A stretch of DNA of 39,064 nucleotides from a virus (lineage: Duplodnaviria; Caudoviricetes). Numbering within the stretch: position 1 is the stretch's first letter; every line of letters starts with the position of its first letter. The notes beneath the pieces are model-generated. The model worked only from the letters and a program-made list of their open reading frames with translations, had not been told where the DNA came from and did no database searches. Of the stretch, positions 9,414 to 19,622 are shown piece after piece. The DNA is taken from IMG/VR virus record IMGVR_UViG_3300017780_007355, positions 1-39,064 of that record; one strand, 5' to 3'. A program made the position numbers and the translations under genes.

Positions 9414-11885
9414 TTATAGTATTGAATAAACTCCTAATTTCATTAAATCAAATTGGCCTGAGTTAGTAAGTCCTCCACCTGTACCTTGAGCTCTTGAGGC
9501 AAAAAAGTTTAAACCTTGTGTTGCTGCAGGAAGATTTGTAGATAGTGTATTTTCTACAGAAACACCAGTTTCAGCATTAGTTACTTTAACTTTAACATCA
9601 TTAGTACCTGGAGCATTGTAAATCAATACTGAATAAACAGTTGTTGATATTGCACCAGCCGTTCTATTTGCTGGTAAAGCTGCACCTAGATCAACTTTAG
9701 TACATGTACCTGTTGCATCATTGTGAAATATTTGCAAATTAGTATCAGCTGCCTCCGAACCAACACCTATGCAATTTATTAACGTACTAACTGCAATTGT
9801 TGATGTGCCCCCATAATTTAAATCAAGAATAGAACCTTGCATTCCGTAAAATTGTTGACATGTTGGTGAGTATGCTGTATCTGAAATATTAAAATCACAA
9901 GTGTATAAAAAACCACCATTCATAAACCACAACAGAGTTGTTCCTCTTGTTCCACTATATCTACCTGTAGATACAACTGAAGCATAGTATCTAGCTCCTA
10001 TTTGTTTTGAAACAAAATTTGTATTTATAACAGCTCTTGATTGTACGGATGCACTTGTAGATAATGTTACACCGCCCTCTACAGTAACTGTTGCTGTATT
10101 ATTATTGAGTACAGCACCTCTAAATGTGTAATTAGGTTTTTCATCATAATACCCATTTGCACCACCTGCTGAATATTGTGGTACATTTAAAGTGCTACCA
10201 ACAAGAGTTGCAGCTCCTGATGATCCTGTTGTTGTTAGTGTAAGTCCTAAAGATGTTTTTGTAAAACTTATACTATAAGTATCGTCATCTACAAAAGTAC
10301 CATTTGCACTTATTAAAGTTAATGTATATGCATTCCAGTCATTTCCTGTGTTTAATGTCACAGCAGTTACTAAATATAAACCATATACACCTTGAAGACT
10401 GCCAATTTGTAAAACATAACTTGAATTACCTTCTATCTTTGATAACCATGGATCAAAATAAACTGTATCAAATGTCCAAACTCTAAATTCAGTTACTGCT
10501 GCTGCAGAATAATTATTTGTTGCAAACTTACCTATATCATCTGGTGAAGTGAATGTCATAGATAACGTATTACCTAAATAACTATTATTTGCAATTAAGT
10601 TACCACTTCCTAATATACTAGAACCATTAATAGTTTTAATATTTGTACCGCTTGTTAATGCTGCTTGTTTGCTATTAAAAGTTGTCCAATCAGCTGAGCT
10701 TAGAGCACCTCTATTAATTGCACTTGCAGTAGGAAGGTTTAATGTAATCACAGGTGTTGTTGTTCCTGTTGCTACTGATGAACTTACATCTGTTCCGGTT
10801 GTTCCTAAAGTTAATGCAGCAACACTTGTAACCGTTCCACTACTTGTTGAAGCAATAGTAACTATTCCGTTGGATACAGTTCCTGTAGTTGTTAAAGTTA
10901 TTCCACTACCTTCAGCTAATTTTATACTCCCCCCTGTACTTGATAAAGTTGCTGTGTGTGTAGTTGCATCTGAAGTATGTGCTAGAGTTTGATTTCCGGT
11001 ATTTGTTCCTGATAAGGTTAATCCTGAATCTTTAATTAACTTTCCTGTAACGCCATCAAAAAGTGCAACATTATTAGTTACTGATGATGCTGGTCCTGAA
11101 ACTGCACCATTAATATTTTTTTGAATTATATTCCAATAAACTCCTACAGAAGCTTGAGTACCTGATGGTGTTGTGTCATTGTTGCAAATCAACATATCTC
11201 CTATTTCAACAATTTCTCCAATTGCACCACCAATATTACCTCCTACACTTACTAAATATAACTCACCGGCATTAGCTGCTGGATAGTTTGGATTTGTAGA
11301 ACAGTCAATAACACCTTTATAAACTAAAGCATTTGCATTACCTAATATACTATCCGTATAAACTTTAACCGCATTTTGTGTTGGATATAATGTATTTGAT
11401 GTACCTAATGAAGTACTAGTAGATTTGTTTGCTTGATCTTCTTTAGTTTGCAAAGCACCTCTAATCCAAGTGTCAAAAGCAGGAGATCCTGTATAAATAT
11501 CAAGAAGATCCCAAGATGAAGTACCTGGAGGGTATCCTGGATTTCCTGGATTAGAAACTCTTATAAAAAATTGACCAGGTATTCCATAAGGACTGCCTAC
11601 AGGAATACTTACTACATTATCATAAGTATAAGAAGCACCATTATTATAATCACCTATATAGTTAATACCTTCTTCAACAAGAGCAATAGCAAGTTTAGTT
11701 TTTTCTGCAGCGGTCATTAACCCTGCATTTGTACCATCAGCTAATAAAATTGTAGCATCAGTTCCTGTATCAGAATTAATAACACCGTTTGTTGGAGATG
11801 GTGTATAAGTAAGGTTTGTATCAGTAGCTATAGATATTTCATAATAATCTAATTTACCTGTTGTTGGGTTAACTTTAAATGGCAT
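9414..11885 (-). CDS. Mosaic tail fibre protein
   Basis: Fibre repeats 'AGLMTAAEKTKL', 'KEDQANKST...YPTQNAVKVY', 'GPASSVTNNVALFDGVTGKLIKDSG', 'RGALSSADWTTFNSKQ', 'SGTNIKTINGSSILGSGNL'; beta-rich C-terminal domain. Confidence 0.8.
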   Translation of the reverse strand: MPFKVNPTTGKLDYYEISIATDTNLTYTPSPTNGVINSDTGTDATILLADGTNAGLMTAAEKTKLAIALVEEGINYIGDYNNGASYTYDNVVSIPVGSPYGIPGQFFIRVSNPGNPGYPPGTSSWDLLDIYTGSPAFDTWIRGALQTKEDQANKSTSTSLGTSNTLYPTQNAVKVYTDSILGNANALVYKGVIDCSTNPNYPAANAGELYLVSVGGNIGGAIGEIVEIGDMLICNNDTTPSGTQASVGVYWNIIQKNINGAVSGPASSVTNNVALFDGVTGKLIKDSGLTLSGTNTGNQTLAHTSDATTHTATLSSTGGSIKLAEGSGITLTTTGTVSNGIVTIASTSSGTVTSVAALTLGTTGTDVSSSVATGTTTPVITLNLPTASAINRGALSSADWTTFNSKQAALTSGTNIKTINGSSILGSGNLIANNSYLGNTLSMTFTSPDDIGKFATNNYSAAAVTEFRVWTFDTVYFDPWLSKIEGNSSYVLQIGSLQGVYGLYLVTAVTLNTGNDWNAYTLTLISANGTFVDDDTYSISFTKTSLGLTLTTTGSSGAATLVGSTLNVPQYSAGGANGYYDEKPNYTFRGAVLNNNTATVTVEGGVTLSTSASVQSRAVINTNFVSKQIGARYYASVVSTGRYSGTRGTTLLWFMNGGFLYTCDFNISDTAYSPTCQQFYGMQGSILDLNYGGTSTIAVSTLINCIGVGSEAADTNLQIFHNDATGTCTKVDLGAALPANRTAGAISTTVYSVLIYNAPGTNDVKVKVTNAETGVSVENTLSTNLPAATQGLNFFASRAQGTGGGLTNSGQFDLMKLGVYSIL

Positions 11886-11891
11886 ATCTTG

Positions 11892-12176
11892 TTACTTTAA
11901 TTTATTATCAATTTGTTGTATCATTTCAAATATTCTATGTATGTTCTCTGTTATGTGGTCAATTTTCTGATTCATATTCTGGATACTAAAATTTAACTCA
12001 TTCTGAATATTCTGAAATTTTAAATTTTGCTCTGTTTGTAGATTTTCAATTTTTCCTTTATTTCTACCTATGTTTTCAGTATTAGCTTTTAACTCTTGTC
12101 TCATCTCCTTTAAAAAATAAACTATAATAGAAATAGCACCGCCTAATATATATAAAAGTATGTCAGTTCCGCCCAT
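11892..12176 (-). CDS. Membrane-anchored coiled-coil protein (possible lysis accessory)
   Basis: N-terminal TM segment ILLYILGGAISIIVYFL followed by a heptad-like Q/N/E/K-rich region. Confidence 0.55.
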   Translation of the reverse strand: MGGTDILLYILGGAISIIVYFLKEMRQELKANTENIGRNKGKIENLQTEQNLKFQNIQNELNFSIQNMNQKIDHITENIHRIFEMIQQIDNKLK

Positions 12177-12190
12177 TATTATTAGTGTTA

Positions 12191-12502
12191 CTATGAATAC
12201 TGAATGTTAATTATATTTGATCCGTTTACAGCAGGATTTACATATGTAAATGTTTCTGTAATTGTTTCTACTCCTAAAGCAGTTGTACCTGTGTGTACAA
12301 TAACTGTTACATTAGTAGTTCCAACATAATATGAAATAACTCTACTATAATTAGATGAACCTTGTATTCTGCTCAATTTAGAGAAATCCGGTTTAGATAA
12401 AACTTCAATAACACTCTCTAAGGTAGTTTGTAGAGAGCACATTTTAACGTTTAAACTAAGTATGCTGTTAAAGTGGTCTGGGTGAATTTTAGTATATGAC
12501 AT
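12191..12502 (-). CDS. Hypothetical protein
   Basis: 103-aa ORF; CAAAATTA at 12525-12532 is a minus-strand TAATTTTG box upstream. Confidence 0.6.
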   Translation of the reverse strand: MSYTKIHPDHFNSILSLNVKMCSLQTTLESVIEVLSKPDFSKLSRIQGSSNYSRVISYYVGTTNVTVIVHTGTTALGVETITETFTYVNPAVNGSNIINIQYS

Positions 12503-12576
12503 TTTATAAATATTGTATGATAAACAAAATTAATGGTAAATTAGAAAACTACCAAAATCATAGATTTTATTAAAAC

Positions 12577-12600
12577 AAAAAGGAGACCAATTGGCCTCCT
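12577..12600 (-). terminator. Intrinsic terminator after the 751-aa structural gene
   Basis: Plus strand AAAA-AGGAGACCAATTGGCCTCCT: imperfect hairpin followed by a U-tract on the minus strand. Confidence 0.7.
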
Positions 12601-12621
12601 CTCTGTTGGTGTATCTTGAAA

Positions 12622-14877
12622 TTACTTGCTGAAAGCAGTAACCCCTTCTCTTCCTGCTGAAGCAGCCAACTTGTTTAACAAGTTTTCTAAGTCTTTATGA
12701 CGACCTACTTCTACGAAGAAGTTGTAATTGATATCATCGGTAGTTCTACCTGCAAAACCTTGAGTGTGGTTAAAGCTACTAACTTTCAATTTGTACTGAA
12801 TGTATTGTACAGTACTGTCTTGCATGTTAGAAGTTTCACCTCTCAATAATCTTCCTAAGTAATCCTTATCGTTGTTTAACCCTCCGAAGTAAGCACGTCC
12901 TTCATTTTCTAAATGACGTAAGTTACCTGCTAAGTGAGTTCTGTGTTGTTGACGAGATAAGTATTTACCTTCGAAGTTACCTTTTGGTAAACGTCCAATA
13001 CCTTCACGAATTTCGTCAGGGAATCCTGCTGCTACTTTGATTTGAGTAGAAGTCTCAGTGAAACCTATTAAGTTTCTTAAAGCCTCATCTCCGTCTAAAG
13101 TGAAAACACGTGATTTGAAACGGATACCTGCTTTACAGTTACCTGATTTCTCAGTAGTAGCATCTGCAAATTTACCCCAATCAACTGTATCAAATGATGC
13201 AGGAGCATCAGTGATATAAGCGTCTTTGTAAATTGCATCACACTCTTCACTAACTAAATTAGAGATAACAGAAGTAACATATTTAGTTTGACATCCGCCT
13301 TCAATATTAAGAACTGCTGCTAAAGTAGCGTTCAAATCAGTTGTAGTATTTGCTACAGTGATTGTAGGGAATGCATCTCTCAAGTTTTCGAAAGTTAATA
13401 CAGCACCTGATGCTGAAACTTTGATTCCTTTAACTGTTGACAATGCAGCAGCGTGAGTAGTTACGAAATTAGCAGCTGTTTGTGCTAAATTAGTTGCAAA
13501 AGTTGCAAGGTAAGTAGTACCTCCAATTGTGAAAGTAGCTGAACCTGCAGTACCTGTTAAAGTAGCTGTTCTTTTTTGAGCAATATTAATTGTTAAATTA
13601 CTGTATGCAGATTGTAACTCAACTAATCGATCATTTCCACATTTTGTGTCTGGTAACCAAATGTAGTAAGATTCTTTTACTGCTTTTAAAGCTCTTACTG
13701 TATCTAAAGTCCAAGCAAATGTAGTTGATGAATTTATAGCACATAATGTAGAAGCTTTACCTACTAATTCAATTGTAGCTGTATTTCTTGGTGCACCTGC
13801 TGCTAAGAATGCTGCAATAGTTGCATCAGAAAGTTTAGTTGTAAAAGATGCTGTATAGAAACCTACACCTGCACTGTTACCTTGTTTAACAACTGTACCT
13901 GTAGCATAACCTGTTAATGCTGTAATAAGTGCTGTTTGATCTGATCCGTCATCCTCAATAGTGAATGCATAAACGAAACCACCTGCTTGAGTTGTTCCAG
14001 AAGGACAAGTAGCACAACCAGGCATAAAAGAAGCTACTTTTAAAACAGCATTAGATGGTGCATTTTCAGAAGCTGGTAATAAAATCTCATAAGTAGAGGT
14101 TGAACCTTTTCTGTTAACTCGTTGTACTGGGTAGTTGTATTGACCTGCGATGATTGCTTTTGCAGAATCGTCACCTGTATCACATAATGATACTGTGTAG
14201 AAGTTGTAAGGAATCAAAGCTGCAGTCACATCATTATCACAAGATAATATTGGAGTGATATCAATGAAATCAGCTACAGTTTTTCCACCTGCCAATTGTT
14301 TTCTACGTAAACGCTCGATAGCTTCCATTACGATAACTTTAGCATCAACACTTGAACAATTAGTACAAGTATCACAAGTATCAAAAGGATCACATTCTGG
14401 GACATCTACATTGATTGCTACGAACTCAGTATCTCCTCTTCCACCTCTCCATTCTACTCCACCACCTTTTAACTCAAGAGCTAAACGGAAGTATGCGTCT
14501 CCTGTTTTAAAATTAAATTCTGTACCTGGAGTACCATCATATCCAATAACTACTTCGTCAACAACGTGCTCAATAATTTTTGGAGCTGAAACTGATAGCT
14601 CAACTATCTCATTTAAAGAAAAAGGTATTGTAGAGAAATCCTTGTCCGAATAAGATCTTCCTGGTGTTTTCTTTTCTTTACCAACTCTTAATGTAATAAA
14701 TTTTTGGTCTTTAGCTTCTCCTGCGAAAGAGCTTAATACTTGAAGACCTGCAGCAGTTCCTTTAGACTGGTGTACAGCAGCAAGCTGTCCTTTAGCTAAA
14801 GTGTTAGAACCACCGCTTGTTTTAACTGCTCCATCAATGATGAAGAAGCTTCTGTCAAACGCTTTGTTTAATCCCAT
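12622..14877 (-). CDS. Large conserved structural protein (crAss-like capsid-associated gene block)
   Basis: 751 aa, third gene downstream of the major capsid gene; Ala/Thr-rich with Cys clusters; codon usage like the capsid gene (TTC, TAC, AAC, CGT), suggesting high expression. Confidence 0.65.
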   Translation of the reverse strand: MGLNKAFDRSFFIIDGAVKTSGGSNTLAKGQLAAVHQSKGTAAGLQVLSSFAGEAKDQKFITLRVGKEKKTPGRSYSDKDFSTIPFSLNEIVELSVSAPKIIEHVVDEVVIGYDGTPGTEFNFKTGDAYFRLALELKGGGVEWRGGRGDTEFVAINVDVPECDPFDTCDTCTNCSSVDAKVIVMEAIERLRRKQLAGGKTVADFIDITPILSCDNDVTAALIPYNFYTVSLCDTGDDSAKAIIAGQYNYPVQRVNRKGSTSTYEILLPASENAPSNAVLKVASFMPGCATCPSGTTQAGGFVYAFTIEDDGSDQTALITALTGYATGTVVKQGNSAGVGFYTASFTTKLSDATIAAFLAAGAPRNTATIELVGKASTLCAINSSTTFAWTLDTVRALKAVKESYYIWLPDTKCGNDRLVELQSAYSNLTINIAQKRTATLTGTAGSATFTIGGTTYLATFATNLAQTAANFVTTHAAALSTVKGIKVSASGAVLTFENLRDAFPTITVANTTTDLNATLAAVLNIEGGCQTKYVTSVISNLVSEECDAIYKDAYITDAPASFDTVDWGKFADATTEKSGNCKAGIRFKSRVFTLDGDEALRNLIGFTETSTQIKVAAGFPDEIREGIGRLPKGNFEGKYLSRQQHRTHLAGNLRHLENEGRAYFGGLNNDKDYLGRLLRGETSNMQDSTVQYIQYKLKVSSFNHTQGFAGRTTDDINYNFFVEVGRHKDLENLLNKLAASAGREGVTAFSK

Positions 14878-14907
14878 TTTTGTTTAATTTAAATTGTTAT
14901 TTGATTA

Positions 14908-15576
14908 TTAATATTCGGAGGATATTCGAGCTTGATTAATTTGAAACCCAGTTATATCTCCATTTGTTGCTGTGAAATCTTTTGCCATTATAAGTAGAAT
15001 CTTTTCTATGGCTCTATCGCTAAATTCAGGATCTATACTTACTGATGATACACCATCTTCTTTAAAGTATCCTTCAATGTCTACTTTATTAGGATATCTG
15101 TAATAAGATAAATAAGCTGAATCTATATTAAAATTATCTTTGTATACTACTAGCTTATCAGATGCGGTAAAATAGAAAGTTTCTCTGTATTCAAAAGAAG
15201 GTTTATTATTTTCATCTGCTAGAAGCTCTTCAGTATTTTCACTCTTTGCTTCAAAAGTAATAAGTTTTTGATTTATACAAGAACCACTACTTGCAAAGAC
15301 ACTGACATTAGATAAATCAAAATAATCTTTTGGTAGACTAAATTTATCAAAGTAGTATAGCTTCTCTGAAACTTTTAATTCAAAATCAGGGATAAGAAAA
15401 GAAGCTACTTGACGAATAGCATCTTCATTCTTCTTCTCTAAAACCCAAGATAAGTATTTTATTGATGCGCTATTAAAAAGAAATATAAATCGAATTTTGT
15501 CTACATTTACATTGTTATTAGTCATATTTCTATTAACAATGTCAACAAATCTTATATAAACTTCTTCAACTTTCAT
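14908..15576 (-). CDS. Putative head-tail ring/tubular protein
   Basis: 'FSLPKDYF', 'KPSFEYRET', 'YLSYYRYP' motifs; position matches the crAss-like capsid module. Confidence 0.55.
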   Translation of the reverse strand: MKVEEVYIRFVDIVNRNMTNNNVNVDKIRFIFLFNSASIKYLSWVLEKKNEDAIRQVASFLIPDFELKVSEKLYYFDKFSLPKDYFDLSNVSVFASSGSCINQKLITFEAKSENTEELLADENNKPSFEYRETFYFTASDKLVVYKDNFNIDSAYLSYYRYPNKVDIEGYFKEDGVSSVSIDPEFSDRAIEKILLIMAKDFTATNGDITGFQINQARISSEY

Positions 15577-16523
15577 TAGCTATTTAGCATTATTTCTTTT
15601 TTAATCCCTGCAAATTTTGAATTTTTTACAATTGATGATGCGGCTTGTTTTAAGTCTGGACCAATCTCATTACTATCGTAATAATATAAACCTGAAGTTT
15701 TTGTTACTTTTCCTGTTGAGATTAATTTTCTTAACTCTTTGTAAACATAAACTTTTTCAAGCCCTTTTTCTGTCTCAGTCTCTTCAACTAATGCATTGAA
15801 CATTATAATATTATCATCTTGACCTTGATCTAGGTATGTACTAAACATACTGATTAACGTAATGTCATCTACTGTTTTAGACGGATTAATGTCTGAGTAA
15901 CTTAACATTGCTAATAATCGTTCTTTGTCTGATGATAGTAAGTTTGTAAAAGAACCAACTGCTTTGAATTTTTCTAAAGCTCTTTCATCTTTAATCTTAA
16001 CATCTTTATTTATGTCGACAATTGTGTAAGATGAATCGTTGTACATTGTGTTACCTTCTTGTCCTTTTGGTGTTAACTGATTAGTTAGTAATCCAAAATA
16101 TAACTCAATTGTATCAACTGGATCATTTGTATTGTATACTCTTCCTGAAAAAGCTGTGAATCTTTGTTTTAAGAAAAACTTTTCATTATCTTGCTCAAAC
16201 GCTGTTGAATCTCCTATTGCCTTTCTATAAGGCTCAAGCACATTTCTTCTAAGTGCTGTTATTAGCGGTTTAACTGAGTCTTTATCTTGGGTTTTATAAC
16301 AGTGAGAAAATTCATAAAAACCTGTGTCCCAAGTACCTGATCTTCCTCCATCTCTAGATATAAATCTTACCTGAAATGTATCTCCAACACCTTTGGAAGG
16401 AAGTTTAGAAACCCCTGCTTTGATAAAACCAGATGGGGCATCCATGTCTCTTTTGTCCTTTACGACATAGATCGAGTCTTTTTTTACCTCGAAGTCGTTT
16501 ATTTTAAATAAAGTATCTTTCAT
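15576..16523 (-). CDS. Conserved hypothetical protein downstream of major capsid gene
   Basis: 315 aa; stop overlaps next start; syntenic position in the crAss-like capsid module. Confidence 0.6.
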   Translation of the reverse strand: MKDTLFKINDFEVKKDSIYVVKDKRDMDAPSGFIKAGVSKLPSKGVGDTFQVRFISRDGGRSGTWDTGFYEFSHCYKTQDKDSVKPLITALRRNVLEPYRKAIGDSTAFEQDNEKFFLKQRFTAFSGRVYNTNDPVDTIELYFGLLTNQLTPKGQEGNTMYNDSSYTIVDINKDVKIKDERALEKFKAVGSFTNLLSSDKERLLAMLSYSDINPSKTVDDITLISMFSTYLDQGQDDNIIMFNALVEETETEKGLEKVYVYKELRKLISTGKVTKTSGLYYYDSNEIGPDLKQAASSIVKNSKFAGIKKEIMLNS

Positions 16524-16595
16524 TGTTTTTTGGTTTATTTATACAAATCTACAAAAACTAATTCAAAGATACAAAATTATATGGAAAATTAAGAT

Positions 16596-16624
16596 AATAA
16601 GGAGGAATTTTACTTCCCCCTTAT
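16596..16624 (-). terminator. Probable intrinsic terminator after major capsid gene
   Basis: TAAGGAGGAA-TTTTA-CTTCCCCCTTA imperfect inverted repeat just past the stop at 16631. Confidence 0.55.
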
Positions 16625-16630
16625 ATCAAT

Positions 16631-18328
16631 TTATGCTCTACCTTTTTCTTGTAGTTCGATTGTTACGTAACGTGTAGTATCTAAAACTAAAGCAGAAGAC
16701 TGAGAATATGCCCAGAATGATCTACCCATTTGTTTCATAGAAGACTGTACGTTTTGGTATTGACTTCCGTCTGCTGTACGTCCTTGCTCATAACCATAAG
16801 TTACGTGAGGTTGTCCTGCAGGCTTGATGTAATAGATGTTAGCGTTTTTCTTACCACCTTCAACTAAATTAGCATTTCCAATTTTCTTAGATACGTTAGA
16901 GTATTCAGGGTTAGTTGCATCCCAAATAACCAATGAGTTAGTTGTGTGTGCAAAACCTTCTCCGTACATACCTGTTGAGAAACGATCTGTGCTTGGTAAG
17001 AAATCTAATGATGGATCATGTTCTACCAATACTTTACCAATACCAGGAAACATTACTTCAGTAATTGCTACACTAGCCATTGATAATTTGTCTAAGCTTC
17101 CGGAGAAAACTTTAGAAGGTAATTGACCATCTTGTCCTAACATACCTGCTGGTAATCCGTTTAATTGAGAAACTGCGTGCTCACGGAATAAATGCAACAT
17201 ATTTTGGTATGCCATGTGTCCAGCTTTAAATTTAACGAAACGTTCGTTAACTGGAATGTCAGAGTTTTGGAATAAGTAAGAAGTAGCTTCGTATAAGTGG
17301 TCAATCACAATTCCACCTGGTTTAGCGTACTTGATTAATTTACCTCTACGAATCTGGTGCCATACACCCTCGTTAACTCTTTTAACACCATTGCTTGTGT
17401 TAGTAGTAGCTGCTTTAGCAAACAAAAGCTCGTTTGTTTCCATCATAGCTAATTCCATCAAAGCTAAATACTCTAATGTAGTACCAACTAATCCTGGAGT
17501 AAGATTTCCTGTTTTAGAATCTTTCTTAGCAACGAACATCATGTTTTTACCACCAAGTGCTTCTAATTGTCTTTCAATTTTATCAGAAATACCATTAGCA
17601 AAACCTGTAAGTCCTGCAGCTTTCATACGACCAGCTTTACCAGTAACGAAAGTTTCAATACCTCTTGGTTCAGATAAGATGAACTCATTAGTAATTGTTC
17701 CAGCAGCATCTTTAATTAAAGACAATGAACTGAAAGCAGTGTCAAACTCAGCAATTTTGTTAGTTAATTTGATCCACTCACGACCAGCTTTTAAATAATC
17801 CTTAGGGAAGTATTTAGTACGATCGTTAGTTTGCATTGTAACATAGTGTAAGTGGTTTTCACCAACTTGCTCTACATCGTGCTCAGAAGAAACCATAACT
17901 TGCTCACCATAGATTGGGTCATAAGTAAGGATATCTCCTTTTGTAAACTCTTGGTTTAGTACAATTTTGAATACACCACCATCAATACCAGGGAAGTCAT
18001 ACTCTTCTGAAGTGTCTTCAGCAGTGTAACACTTAACCTCTGTACGGTCAACTGGTAAATCATAAGTTATTGATTGTCCTTCTTCAACTTCTAATACAGC
18101 TGATTCTTTGAACAAGTCTCTTAAAAATGGCATAGGTTTTTTATGAGATGTTGCGAACAACTCAATAAGACCTAAATGCTTTCTGTGAGAAGCTTTATCG
18201 TCCATTAAATATGTAGATACTTTTGCAGCATCCATCCATCCCATAGATTTAACCTCCTTCACATTTGTAAAACCTACAACGTAATCTCCGTTGATGGATT
18301 CGTGAATGTCGAATTTGTTTTGTGACAT
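16631..18328 (-). CDS. Major capsid protein (crAss-like)
   Basis: 565 aa; order terminase-portal-acidic protein-this gene; 'NELLFAK...EGVWHQIRRG' HK97-like segment; strong high-expression codon bias; followed by a terminator. Confidence 0.8.
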   Translation of the reverse strand: MSQNKFDIHESINGDYVVGFTNVKEVKSMGWMDAAKVSTYLMDDKASHRKHLGLIELFATSHKKPMPFLRDLFKESAVLEVEEGQSITYDLPVDRTEVKCYTAEDTSEEYDFPGIDGGVFKIVLNQEFTKGDILTYDPIYGEQVMVSSEHDVEQVGENHLHYVTMQTNDRTKYFPKDYLKAGREWIKLTNKIAEFDTAFSSLSLIKDAAGTITNEFILSEPRGIETFVTGKAGRMKAAGLTGFANGISDKIERQLEALGGKNMMFVAKKDSKTGNLTPGLVGTTLEYLALMELAMMETNELLFAKAATTNTSNGVKRVNEGVWHQIRRGKLIKYAKPGGIVIDHLYEATSYLFQNSDIPVNERFVKFKAGHMAYQNMLHLFREHAVSQLNGLPAGMLGQDGQLPSKVFSGSLDKLSMASVAITEVMFPGIGKVLVEHDPSLDFLPSTDRFSTGMYGEGFAHTTNSLVIWDATNPEYSNVSKKIGNANLVEGGKKNANIYYIKPAGQPHVTYGYEQGRTADGSQYQNVQSSMKQMGRSFWAYSQSSALVLDTTRYVTIELQEKGRA

Positions 18329-18350
18329 GTTATTTTTAAATTTAAATTAG

Positions 18351-19535
18351 TTACTTAAGTTGTGATATGTTTACTATTTTATTAGATGAAGGAGTTTTTG
18401 AAATTTCAAAACTTGAATTTGATTTCGGAATAATCTTTAACTTTTTAGCTGCATTCATTTGTGTTTCTCTTACAGCGGTTCTTGTTAATTGACTAATGAA
18501 CTCTTCTTCATCTAACATAAATAAAGCTAACATTGATGCCTTCTCTGGATTCATTCTCCATTCGTTATAGACTTCATCAATTGCTAACTTGCCGTTTTCT
18601 TTTATCGTTGTGGCAAAATCAACTATTTTCTTTTTTGCTGTGTCTTTAAGTTCAAACTTTTTAAGTTCTTCTTTTAAATCACTTGCGTATTTTTTAAAGT
18701 TATCTTCGGCTTTCTTTTTATTATCTTGAGAAATCCTTAATTCATCCTCTAGTTTTTTGTCAATAGCGTCTCTTAATTTATTGAAACTATCTTCAGCAAC
18801 ATTAGCAAGTGTACCCTCTTGCTCATATGAGTTTATTAATCTAAGTGTAGAATCCTCATCCAACCCTGCAGCCATGTTACGTAAGTAAACTATTTCTCGT
18901 TGGTCCTCTACATTACTGATGTCTAAACCTTCTAGTGGGTCTAAAAAACTACTTCGTATTTGAAGCAACTCTTTTACATCACCACCATTCTTATCAATTT
19001 CAATGAGCTTTTTAGTAAAATCAGAAACACCTTCAGATGATATTTTTCCTCTTACTGCTTCTTCTTTTAACTCGTCAATTTTTGCTTGAGTGATTAGTTT
19101 AAAAGTTTCTTCATCTAGATCGATATCTTCGATGTTTACTTCTACTTCTTCTCCATCAACAACTTGTACTATTGTTGCAATTTCGTCTGCACCCCAAGTT
19201 TCTTTTAAAGCTTTTTTGTAAAGTTTAGATGCTTCACTTTCTTTTTCTTGATCTTCATCAGTAGTTTTAATGTCAAGAATAAAGTCTCCAGTTTTATCAA
19301 CCTCATCTTCTTTCTCTTCTGTTTTTAAAACTTTACTTTTTTCTTCAACATCTTCATCATCGTTTTGATTGAACATGTCTCCAAATACAGAGTCATCTTT
19401 TTTAATGGCCTTGTCTAACTCTTTTTTAGTTTCGGCTTCTTGACTTGCTGAAATCTCTTCAGTAGTCTTTGGTGCTTCTGTTGAAGACAATAAACTCTCT
19501 AGAGTTATGACTTCAGCTTTTCCGCTGTTTTCCAT
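18351..19535 (-). CDS. Acidic scaffold-like protein
   Basis: 394 aa, very E/D/K-rich with a coiled-coil C-terminal half; lies between portal and capsid genes. Confidence 0.65.
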   Translation of the reverse strand: MENSGKAEVITLESLLSSTEAPKTTEEISASQEAETKKELDKAIKKDDSVFGDMFNQNDDEDVEEKSKVLKTEEKEDEVDKTGDFILDIKTTDEDQEKESEASKLYKKALKETWGADEIATIVQVVDGEEVEVNIEDIDLDEETFKLITQAKIDELKEEAVRGKISSEGVSDFTKKLIEIDKNGGDVKELLQIRSSFLDPLEGLDISNVEDQREIVYLRNMAAGLDEDSTLRLINSYEQEGTLANVAEDSFNKLRDAIDKKLEDELRISQDNKKKAEDNFKKYASDLKEELKKFELKDTAKKKIVDFATTIKENGKLAIDEVYNEWRMNPEKASMLALFMLDEEEFISQLTRTAVRETQMNAAKKLKIIPKSNSSFEISKTPSSNKIVNISQLK

Positions 19536-19622
19536 ACAAAATTATTTTTTGGTTTTTGATTTAACAAATTGATATTTAATTCGTAATACTATTATTGCAA
19601 TTATAATGAAATATCAAATTTT

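Noticed and set aside
19537-19544. TAATTTTG box before the scaffold-like gene
   Set aside because: Only 1 nt from the ATG, so a transcript would start inside the codon; probably a chance match.
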